In this document: in pieces, positions 1-8,900 of the stretch
How the letters are laid out: each line of letters opens with the position of its first letter
How positions within the stretch are numbered: the stretch's first letter is position 1
Program-made: the position numbers and the translations under genes
Source of the DNA: Candidatus Cloacimonadota bacterium
Lineage (GTDB): Bacteria; Cloacimonadota; Cloacimonadia; Cloacimonadales; TCS61
Length of the DNA stretch: 64,000 nucleotides
Direction of reading: 5' to 3'
Assembly: GCA_018645365.1 (NCBI GenBank)
Contig: JABGOP010000002.1
Span: forward strand, 3,409 to 67,408
The notes under the pieces: generated by a model
What the model was told of the DNA's origin: nothing
Databases searched by the model: none
Seen by the model: the letters and a program-made list of their open reading frames with translations, nothing else

Positions 1-2434
1 CATGAACCGTAAATTCACTTTCGCTATTGTTGATGTTTGGTGGTAAAACCTCGATTCCCATTGCGCTACATTCATTTATGAAGTAAGGGATTTTTTCTGG
101 CTTATCTTCGAGAGAGAGCAGTGCTGCCATAAATTCAACTGGAAAATGTGCTTTCAAATAGGCAGTTTGGAAGGCAACATACGCATAAGCTGCTGCATGG
201 CTTTTATTGAAAGCGTAGTTGGCAAAATCTTTCCAATCTGTCCAAATTTTTTCGATAATGTGTGCCTTTACTCCATTTTTAGTAGCACCTTCGACGAATT
301 TTACTTTCAACTTCTCCATTGTTTTTAGATTTTTTTTACCAATTGCTTTTCGTAAAGTATCTGCTTCGGCACCGGTTAAACCACCCATATCTCTTGCAAT
401 CTGCATTACTTGTTCTTGATATACAGTGACTCCATAAGTTTCTTCGAGCGAATTTGTGGTGAGTGGATGGAGATATTCGATTTTTTCTTTACCGTGTTTT
501 CGGTTGATAAAAGATTCTATAAATTGCATTGGACCAGGACGGTAAAGTGCTACCATCGCGATTAAATCTTCAAATATATTTGGTTTCAAACTGCTCAAAT
601 GTTTTTGCATTCCGGCAGATTCAAATTGGAAAATTCCGTCAGTTTGCCCTTTTGAAAGTAATTCGTAAGCTTTTGCGTCATTAATGTCAACATTTTCAAT
701 ATCGATATTGAGGTTTTGCGATTTTTTAATGAGTGTAACTGATTTTTTAATTAGCGTCAAAGTTTTTAAACCCAAAAAATCCATTTTTAGCATTTTTAGA
801 TCGTCGAGCCATTTTCCTTCGAATTGCACTAAAACGGAACTTTCTCCATTTTTCTGATTGCTTGTAGCCAAAGGTACAAAATTGCTTAAATTCCCAGGTC
901 CAATTACTACACCAGCTGCATGCACACCGGAATGCCGAATCAATCCTTCCAACATTTTTGCGTATTTTAAGATGGCAACATTAACTTCATTTTCTTTCAT
1001 TTTTTCCGCAAAATCTGGTGATTCTTTGAGGGCAGATTCGAGAGTTATTTTGGGTGATGATGGAATTGTTTTGGTGATTTCATTTGCGACAGATGCAGTA
1101 ACATCTAAAGTCCTTGCCACATCTTTGATGACAGATTTGGCACCCAATTTACCAAAAGTGATAATTTGGGCAACGCAATTTCGTCCGTATTTTTTTACCA
1201 CATAATCGATAATTTTTTCTCTTCCTTCTGCGCAAAAATCAATGTCAATATCTGGCATTCCAATTCTATCTGGGTTTAAAAATCGTTCAAAAAACAAACC
1301 GTATTTGAGTGGTTCAATTTGGGTGATTTCCAGAAGATAAGAGACGATACTGCCCACCGCCGAGCCACGACCAGGTCCAACGGGAATATCCATCTCGCGT
1401 GCTGCATCGATAAAATCTTTTACGATGAGAAAATAGTCATCATATCCCATTTTATGAATGACGGAAAGTTCGTATTCAATGCGATTTTTAACTTCATCTG
1501 TGAAATCGGCATATTTATTTTTTGCAGCTTCTAAGCAGAGATATTTTATGTAATCTGCCGATGATGAAAAATCAGCTGGAATATCGATTTTAGGGAAAAG
1601 AAATTCGTTATAATCTAATTCTAAATCTATTTTATTTGCAACTTCAATGGTGTTGTCATATGCTTCTGGAATTTGTGGGAAAAGGGCACGCATTTCAGTT
1701 TCTGATTTGAAATAAAGTTGATCTGTATTGTATTTCATTCGTTCCGGGTCAGAAAGTGATTTCCCAGTTTGAATGCAGAGTAAGACATCGTGAGCGTCTG
1801 CATCTTCTTTTTGGATGTAATGTGAATCGTTCGTAACCACCATTTTTATGTCTAAGTTTTTTGCTAACTGAATTAATTTTGGTGCTACATATTTTTCATC
1901 TTCGAGGTTGTGATCTTGAATTTCAAGGTAAAAATCTTCACCAAAAAGATTTTTGTAAAAGAGTGCGACCTCTTTTGCTTTTTCATAGTTATCATTCAAG
2001 AGATGAAATGGGATTTCACCTTGCAAGCAAGCAGAAAGGCAAATGATTCCTTCAGAATATTTTTCTAAAAGCAGTTTATTGATGCGTGGTTTATAATAAA
2101 ACCCTTCCAAAAAACCAATGGATGAAAGTCTAATTAAATTTTTGTATCCTTGCAGATTTTTTGCCAAAAGCACCAAATGATGCCGAATTTCTTTTTTTGC
2201 AGATGGATCATCAAACTCTTTATTAATGATGTAAGTTTCAATACCTACGATAGGTTTTATTCCCTCTTTTTTTGCTTTCATATAAAAATCAATGGCACCG
2301 AACATATTGCCGTGGTCTGTGATGGCGACTGCCGGCATCTCATATTTTTTAGCCATCGCGATCATCTTATCTACGCGACAAGCACCGTCTAGCATGCTGT
2401 ATTGTGTATGGTTGTGAAGGTGGACAAATGACAT
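1..2434 (-). CDS. dnaE: DNA polymerase III alpha subunit (DnaE), N-terminal ~811 codons; gene continues beyond the left window edge
   Basis: Absent from the ORF track because it is open at the window edge. Reverse-strand translation from ATG (2434..2432) gives MSFVHLHNHTQYSMLDGACRVDKMIAMAKKYEMPAVAITDHGNMFGA (PHP domain). In-frame motifs read by hand: GPGRGSAVGS (rc of ~1350-1390) and FNKSHAAAYA (rc of ~185-215). GAGG lies ~7 nt upstream of the ATG. Confidence 0.9.
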   Translation of the reverse strand, partial: MSFVHLHNHTQYSMLDGACRVDKMIAMAKKYEMPAVAITDHGNMFGAIDFYMKAKKEGIKPIVGIETYIINKEFDDPSAKKEIRHHLVLLAKNLQGYKNLIRLSSIGFLEGFYYKPRINKLLLEKYSEGIICLSACLQGEIPFHLLNDNYEKAKEVALFYKNLFGEDFYLEIQDHNLEDEKYVAPKLIQLAKNLDIKMVVTNDSHYIQKEDADAHDVLLCIQTGKSLSDPERMKYNTDQLYFKSETEMRALFPQIPEAYDNTIEVANKIDLELDYNEFLFPKIDIPADFSSSADYIKYLCLEAAKNKYADFTDEVKNRIEYELSVIHKMGYDDYFLIVKDFIDAAREMDIPVGPGRGSAVGSIVSYLLEITQIEPLKYGLFFERFLNPDRIGMPDIDIDFCAEGREKIIDYVVKKYGRNCVAQIITFGKLGAKSVIKDVARTLDVTASVANEITKTIPSSPKITLESALKESPDFAEKMKENEVNVAILKYAKMLEGLIRHSGVHAAGVVIGPGNLSNFVPLATSNQKNGESSVLVQFEGKWLDDLKMLKMDFLGLKTLTLIKKSVTLIKKSQNLNIDIENVDINDAKAYELLSKGQTDGIFQFESAGMQKHLSSLKPNIFEDLIAMVALYRPGPMQFIESFINRKHGKEKIEYLHPLTTNSLEETYGVTVYQEQVMQIARDMGGLTGAEADTLRKAIGKKNLKTMEKLKVKFVEGATKNGVKAHIIEKIWTDWKDFANYAFNKSHAAAYAYVAFQTAYLKAHFPVEFMAALLSLEDKPEKIPYFINECSAMGIEVLPPNINNSESEFTVH

Positions 2435-2467
2435 TAATTTACCTCTTTTTTTAAAATTCTATCTGCT

Positions 2468-2496
2468 ACTATTTTTTGAATAGTAATATGTGTCAA
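2468..2496 (-). promoter_or_regulatory. Possible sigma70-like promoter for dnaE
   Basis: Minus-strand TTGACA (2496..2491), 17-nt spacer, AATAGT (2473..2468), ~35 nt upstream of the dnaE ATG. Pattern match by eye only. Confidence 0.25.
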
Positions 2497-2522
2497 AATA
2501 TTTTAATATTTTTTTGAATTTT

Positions 2523-2906
2523 CTAAAATTCTGGGTAAAACGCATTCTTTAAGTGATTTATTTTGAAAGTGTTATCTTTTTTTTGAATAATTGCAACCGC
2601 ATCAAATCTGGTTGGAAAATCTTCAAATTCAGGGTGTTGTTGCAAAAAACAGTAAGCGGTCTTGATTATTTTTTTCTGTTTAGCATTTGAAATGCTACTC
2701 AATGCTTTTTCGAGATTTGATTTTCGTGTTTTCACTTCGATAAAAATAAGCGTGTCAGTTCCAATTGCAACAATGTCTATTTCACCATATGCGGAGTGAT
2801 AATTTTGTGCTAAAATCTTATAACCATTTCGTTTAAGAAAACTTACTGCTAGATTTTCTCCAACCATTCCTAAATGTGCATTTTCACTATTTTTCATAAA
2901 ATACAA
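2523..2906 (-). CDS. yraN: YraN/UPF0102 family endonuclease-like protein
   Basis: 127-aa ORF with the family pattern GENLAVSFLKRNGYKIL...YGEIDIVA...LIFIEVKTR. Confidence 0.8.
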   Translation of the reverse strand: MYFMKNSENAHLGMVGENLAVSFLKRNGYKILAQNYHSAYGEIDIVAIGTDTLIFIEVKTRKSNLEKALSSISNAKQKKIIKTAYCFLQQHPEFEDFPTRFDAVAIIQKKDNTFKINHLKNAFYPEF

Positions 2907-2913
2907 AAAAAAC

Positions 2914-2942
2914 TTGACTTGATAATGGTCAATGAATAAAAG
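2914..2942 (+). promoter_or_regulatory. Promoter-like motif in front of the TPR/ExbBD operon
   Basis: TTGACT (2914-2919), 17 nt, TAAAAG (2937-2942), ~24 nt before the ATG at 2966. The same TTGACTTGAT...TAAAAG layout recurs at 19131-19159. Confidence 0.35.
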
Positions 2943-2965
2943 ATCTTTTAAATGTGGAGGATTTT

Positions 2966-3937
2966 ATGAAGAAAATTTTGATATTAATAGTGCTACTGAG
3001 TATTACGGGCTTGTTGTTTGCATCCTATGTTCAATTGGGCTTTACTGAAAGATATACGGTAGAAATACCAACAGCGTATGTTCCAACAGCAAAAATAGTA
3101 GAATTTGATAATATGAATTATTTTGGAATGAAGCACGGTGGATGGTATCTGAACCACATTTTTGCGTTAAAATATGGAATAGATAATAAATATGAATTTA
3201 CCATTTTTGCCCGTGGAAAAGATTATGAAATGGATGGGTATTTTCCCGATTCGCTTTATACTGATCCAAATGAAAATATTCAACCTAAATACAATGATGA
3301 AGTAATCTGTATTAATGCAAAATATTCCATAATTGATGAAACTGACAAGTTACCAGCAATTGCAGTTGGAATGAATGGTATTGATGGTGCAATTAAGAAA
3401 TTAATTGATTCGAAAGCTTCGGCGAATTGGGCACCCTATTTTGTTTTGAGTAAATCGTTTATTGTAACTTTACCAGTCATAAATACAATTCAACCCACCG
3501 TTCATTTTGGGAATGGACAAAGGGCAGAATTCCACTCTTTTTCACCATATGATAAATTATTTTTTGGTTTTTTTGGTGCTCTCTCTATTCCCATAAATGA
3601 CAATATAACATTGACTAGTGAATTTCGTGGTGCAAATTTTAATGCATCTGGTATTTATGAATGGGATAAGTTTGCCATAAAAACTGGATTAGTGCATTTT
3701 GAAGAGATTTTATTGAATGATGATGTGTCTGGTTTTACCTTTTTTTTGAATTTTAAATATAGAGTAGATTATTTTTCTAAACAAGAAAAAGATAGACCAC
3801 GAAACACAAATTTAAATATTACTCCGTCAACTGACCCTTCTGATCAACTGCTTTTAGATGAGCTCAAACAAATTCAAGAACAAAGAATACAGTCTGAAAA
3901 AGAATTGGAAGAACTTCGTAAACTTCTCGAAGATTAA
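2966..3937 (+). CDS. Secreted beta-rich protein with C-terminal coiled-coil tail, function unknown (first gene of operon)
   Basis: The track starts at GTG 2954. ATG 2966 is preferred (GGAGG 2956-2960, 5-nt spacer). Signal peptide MKKILILIVLLSITGLLFA, aromatic/beta-rich body ending FTFFLNFKYRVDYF, then ~55 charged heptad-like residues (LLLDELKQIQEQRIQSEKELEELRKLLED). Confidence 0.75.
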   Translation: MKKILILIVLLSITGLLFASYVQLGFTERYTVEIPTAYVPTAKIVEFDNMNYFGMKHGGWYLNHIFALKYGIDNKYEFTIFARGKDYEMDGYFPDSLYTDPNENIQPKYNDEVICINAKYSIIDETDKLPAIAVGMNGIDGAIKKLIDSKASANWAPYFVLSKSFIVTLPVINTIQPTVHFGNGQRAEFHSFSPYDKLFFGFFGALSIPINDNITLTSEFRGANFNASGIYEWDKFAIKTGLVHFEEILLNDDVSGFTFFLNFKYRVDYFSKQEKDRPRNTNLNITPSTDPSDQLLLDELKQIQEQRIQSEKELEELRKLLED

Positions 3938-3938
3938 G

Positions 3939-5921
3939 ATGAAAAAGATTTTTACGGCGATCATTTTTTTGACCGCATTTTTACTTTTTGCACAAACTAA
4001 AAATAGCGTTTTGATTCGTCAATTAAACACAGAAATTCGTATTTTGATAGAACAAAAACGAGAAGCAAAAATTTATGCTGAACTACTCGAACAAAAAAAT
4101 GAGATAATTTTGCTCATCGAAAAAAATAAGGCAAAAAAAGTAAGAAAGCTATTTCTTAAACAAGCCAAAATAATTGATTATTTTTTGGAAGAAGATAAGA
4201 TAAATTCTGCAGTATCTAAATTAAATGAGCTGAAATTTATTTTTGGAGAAATACATTTTTTGGCAGATTTATTTTTGTATTACGATGCAAAAATAGCTTT
4301 ATTTAAAGGTGAAGATAATTTAGCCGTAGATTTGTTGGAAAAATTGTTAACGCAATTTCCTGATTCTGAAACGCGAAATTTTGCCATATTAGAATTGGAA
4401 AATATTTATTTTCTTTACGAATTAGACTGGAAATTTATCGGGATTTATAATCAGTTTGATGAAGAAAAAACGGACTTGCAAAAATATCGTTTCGCGCACT
4501 GTAACTATAATATTGGTAACATTGCAGATGCCAAATCGATGTTCCAAGTTTTATTAAATTCTAAAGATTTTAGTTTTCGTGCTAAATCGATGTTAGCGTT
4601 AGTTTCCTATTTTTCTAAGGGTGTAAAACCGGCAATTCTTGAATTTCAAACTTTGGAAAACAGCTATCAAAAAAATCCGCCGCCGCACTATTATTTTGTG
4701 CTACTCTCATTAGCCCGTCTTTTTGCCGAACAAAATGAATTCGATAAATCGCTCGCGTATTACGAAAAATTTTATCAAATGCACCAAGAAAAAGTTGATG
4801 ATGGTGTGTTATATGAAATTGCTACCCAATACAAAAATGTGGGAAAATATGAAAATTCGCTCACATATTTACGACGAATTGTGGCAGTTTCACAAAAGAC
4901 AAAATATTTTGCACCAGCAAAATTTCTAATTGCGGTAATTGAACAGGAATTAGGCAATCTTGACAATGCAGAACAGCATCTTGAGGATGTTATTTTGCCA
5001 AATAATGAGTTTCTGGAAACACTTACTTCGAAGTACGATTTGCTGAATAAATATAACGATTTGCAAAGGCAAGTGATTGCAGATTCAGAAAATATAAAAT
5101 TAAAAACTGAAATTTTGGAAACAGAAAAACATCTTCAAAACACGAATTTATTTATCGAAAACTATTATGCAAAATTGGACTCATCAACGGTAACAACTCT
5201 GCAAGAATTAGAAATAGAATATTTGCATTACTGTGAAACAATTGCCGAAATTGACGCAGTAATTCAATTTCGTGAAACTACCCAAAATAGAGAATTATTG
5301 CCGATTGTAGATGATGCAATTGCCAAAGAAGAAGCATCGCTCGTTTTGCTTCAGATGATGAAATACCTAGCAAATGTAAAAAATATTTCTACGACAGATT
5401 ATGAAATTGCCAAAGCTTTAGCGGTTGAACGTATTTACGAAAATTCATTGCTAGAAATGTGGAATAAAATTGAGCAGACTGCAAAAATTAACAACTTTTC
5501 GAATATGTTGATTTTTATTAAAAAATCTCAAAATTTGATTGAGGGCAACATTGCATCTCTCGATTTGATTGCAAAGTACAAATTTAATCCGCAAATTAGT
5601 GATGAAGCACTGGCTTCAATAAAAGCGGAAGCCGAGAATATTGAACACAATAAAAATGAATTATTGGCTTTACGCGAAGATATTTTGAATAATCTTAATA
5701 AAAAGATCGCCCAAAAATTGAGTAAAAAACGCAAGATACTTTTTGATGAATTTGCTGAAATTAAAGTATCATATCAACAATCGATTGATTCGATGAAAAA
5801 ATATATTGGTCGTGAAAATCAAGAAGGAACGCGTACGCTTTTGGATGTGCTCTTCAAACAAACGCAAAAAATTGATGCTGAATTTGAAGAATTGAGAGAG
5901 GATTTTAAGCAAGATGAATAG
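3939..5921 (+). CDS. Secreted TPR-repeat protein with long C-terminal coiled coil
   Basis: The track starts at 3858 inside the upstream gene. ATG 3939 (TAAGATG junction) gives signal peptide MKKIFTAIIFLTAFLLFAQ. The N-terminal half is TPR-like helical hairpins. The C-terminal ~300 aa is E/K/L/Q-rich and coiled-coil-like. Confidence 0.75.
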   Translation: MKKIFTAIIFLTAFLLFAQTKNSVLIRQLNTEIRILIEQKREAKIYAELLEQKNEIILLIEKNKAKKVRKLFLKQAKIIDYFLEEDKINSAVSKLNELKFIFGEIHFLADLFLYYDAKIALFKGEDNLAVDLLEKLLTQFPDSETRNFAILELENIYFLYELDWKFIGIYNQFDEEKTDLQKYRFAHCNYNIGNIADAKSMFQVLLNSKDFSFRAKSMLALVSYFSKGVKPAILEFQTLENSYQKNPPPHYYFVLLSLARLFAEQNEFDKSLAYYEKFYQMHQEKVDDGVLYEIATQYKNVGKYENSLTYLRRIVAVSQKTKYFAPAKFLIAVIEQELGNLDNAEQHLEDVILPNNEFLETLTSKYDLLNKYNDLQRQVIADSENIKLKTEILETEKHLQNTNLFIENYYAKLDSSTVTTLQELEIEYLHYCETIAEIDAVIQFRETTQNRELLPIVDDAIAKEEASLVLLQMMKYLANVKNISTTDYEIAKALAVERIYENSLLEMWNKIEQTAKINNFSNMLIFIKKSQNLIEGNIASLDLIAKYKFNPQISDEALASIKAEAENIEHNKNELLALREDILNNLNKKIAQKLSKKRKILFDEFAEIKVSYQQSIDSMKKYIGRENQEGTRTLLDVLFKQTQKIDAEFEELREDFKQDE

Positions 5922-8900
5922 AATAAAATTTATATTTTTGTTGTTAATTTCTTTCAGCTTATTTGCACAAAATAATGAACTTGATGAAAAATTCAGTCAA
6001 AAAATGGCATATAAACGCAAGGTTTATGAACAGACTCTCAAATTTATCACACAAAATCCAGAATCACCGGGAATTGCTGGGCTTTATTTTAATTTGGCAG
6101 AAATGAGTACGGAAATAGACGCAGCTTCTTTGCGAAAAACAGCAAATTATTATCAAAAAGTTTTAGAGCTTGATCCTGAATTTATCTATCAAGATGCAGT
6201 CCTATACAACATTGGCTATTTTACATTTGAAGCGGAGAAAGATAGTCTTCAAAATTTGCGATATCAAAATATAGATTTGGTGGTAAATTGGCCTGATTCA
6301 TTACGAATTTCGGCTGAAAAGGCAAAAATTGCCATCGAATCTTACCAAAAAATTGAAGCAGAATTTCCATATTCAGAATATCATACCGAAGCAATTTATC
6401 GACTGGGTGCCATCTATTTTGAATTGGCATTAGATGCACGAAACCCGCAGGAACTATATCCGATAGCATTAAAATATTTTGATACAGTTGCCAGAAAAAA
6501 AGGCGATGATTTGCAACATTTTGGATTATTTCAAAGAGGTTGGACGAATTTTACGAGCGGAAAATTTATTGATGCAATCGATGATTTTACTGAAATTTTG
6601 GAAATTATCAACCGCGATTCTCTCAAAACAACGGAAAAGATGTTTTTTGAAGCTGATGCAATCGAAAATATGGCTTTTAGCTTGAGTGAATACGACGAAA
6701 ATTTTGTAGAAAAATCTGTTGCCGCTCAAAAAGCAAAGGAAATATTTTCCAATTTTGTGAGCGATGAATATGGCAAAGAAATTATTTTAGCCGCGATTGA
6801 TCTCAAATTGAAATATAATGCACCGATGCAAGCGATTGACTTGTATAATGCGTTTATCGAGATTTATCCGCAAAACAGAGATTGTCCAAGTTTTGTCGAT
6901 TCGGTTATGACTGTTTATAAGCGATATCCGTCGATGACGCGAAATAATGTAGATGCGATTGATTTAATTATTGCGGAAGAGAAGCGATTGGTCGAAGATT
7001 TTACGATTGATTCCGCTTGGTTCAAATCAAATTCTGGAAAAGATATTTCGAAGCAATTGGGGATAATTAGAAAAAGTTTCAAGCGGATGGGCGATATATA
7101 TCACAACAAATTTATCACCACGAATGCGGAAAAGGATTTCGTGAAATTTGAAAATTTAGTTGCACGCTTTTGCGAATTTGATATTTTCCTCAATGAAGAA
7201 ATTGTGCAAACACAAAAAGATTTTCGTAAACGCGTTATCGATTTGAATTTCCACCTCGCCGAATTTTCCCAAAATCCAGTTCATTACTTTAATGTGGTTG
7301 GAAAATATCGTGAATTTAATGAGTTATATCCAAATCACGCTGATATTTTTGATTTTCAAGAAAATATTTTTATTTGCTTAGATAAAAGTTATGATTTGTT
7401 GTTACCTCAAATTGAAACGCAAACTTTCGTCGATACTTTGCACAACATTACACTCGACAAAAATGGATTGGATTCACTTTACATCAATGCTAGTTTAGAT
7501 TACGAAGATTTGCTTTCAGATGTGAAATTGAATAGAATTCAAAAATCAGAACGAGTTAGAACGATTTATAAGCGTGCTAAAATTCGTTTTGAAGGCAATG
7601 ACTTGGATTCTGCATTTGTGGATTATGAAAAATTATTGACTTTCAGAATAGATAAAAATTTCAAAAAAATATGTAATGTTAAATTAGCGGAAATTAGTGA
7701 ATTGAACGGTGATTTTGGGTTTGCAGAAAAATTCTATCAAGAAGCGTCAAAATTTGCTTCTAAATCAGAGAAAAAGGATTTACAACAGAATGCACTTGCT
7801 TCCATTAATTCTGCTGCCGAAACTTTGCTAAATAATGGTAATGCAGAAGTTGCTGCGGCTGAATATCTTCGTCTGGCAAAAGAGCTTGAAAATACTAATG
7901 TGGAAAAAAGTATAGGATTTATGTTACGTGCAATTGATGTTTATAAAAACATCAATGAATATCAAAAAGCGATAGATTTATTTTTGCAAATTGCAGATTT
8001 GAAGCAAAATAAAAACGAAATTCTCGCTGCGTTTTCTGGAGCATGGTCAATTTCGGATAGTTTGGCCGAAAACGCAGATTTACTGTCTGCCATTACCCTT
8101 TGGAAGCAAAGTGAAAATTTACGAAATCAATTTATTAAGAAATATAAAAAATCAAATGAAGCTTATATTTTGCGTCGTCAAATTATTGAATTTTATGAAA
8201 ATTATCAATTTAACGATAAAGAAAAAGCAGCAAAAATGTACATTAAACTCCATAATAATGCGAGTGAAATGAATTTAGGTGAAGATTCAAAAGAAGCGGT
8301 TTTTGCCAAAGCAATTTTGATTTACGAAGAACTAAAAGATGAAGCTAAAATGGTAGATTTAATTGTCCAGTTTGAAAAATTATACCCAAATTATTCTGCA
8401 ACTGATGGATTAGTTGGTAAGATTGCAGCACTTTACATCGACCGTCAAAATGTAGATGATTTAATGAGTTTTGAGAAGATGTACCCGCTTCACCCAGATG
8501 TAGATGTGGTTTTGAGAAATTTAGCAAATATCTATCTTGAAGATAGCGATGTAAGTTTGATGCTTTCATTTCAGAGAAAATATCCAAATCACGATGCTTC
8601 TGAAATTTTGTTAAATAAAGTTGCCGAAATGTATAATAAAAGCAAAAATATTGAAGATATTCTTGCTTTTACCAAAATGTTTCCTCAGCATTCCGCAAGC
8701 TTAGAATTGCAAAAAACAACAGCGACAATTTATCACGAAAATGGTGATGAAGATAAATTGGAAGAGATTGCGCGCCTTATCAAAAAGAAAGATCCAGATT
8801 ATAATCTTTTAGAGCAGTTAGCCATTCAAAAATTGGTGAAAATAAACGCCGAAATTGATACTCTCTTCGTAACTGAACAATTTGATTTGATGTTAGAAAA

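Noticed and set aside
146-2392. Six short + strand ORFs (60-115 aa) listed in the track across the first 2.4 kb.
   Set aside because: They lie antisense to a continuous minus-strand reading frame with unmistakable DnaE motifs (PHP N-terminus, GPGRGSAVGS, FNKSHAAAYA). They are shadow ORFs.
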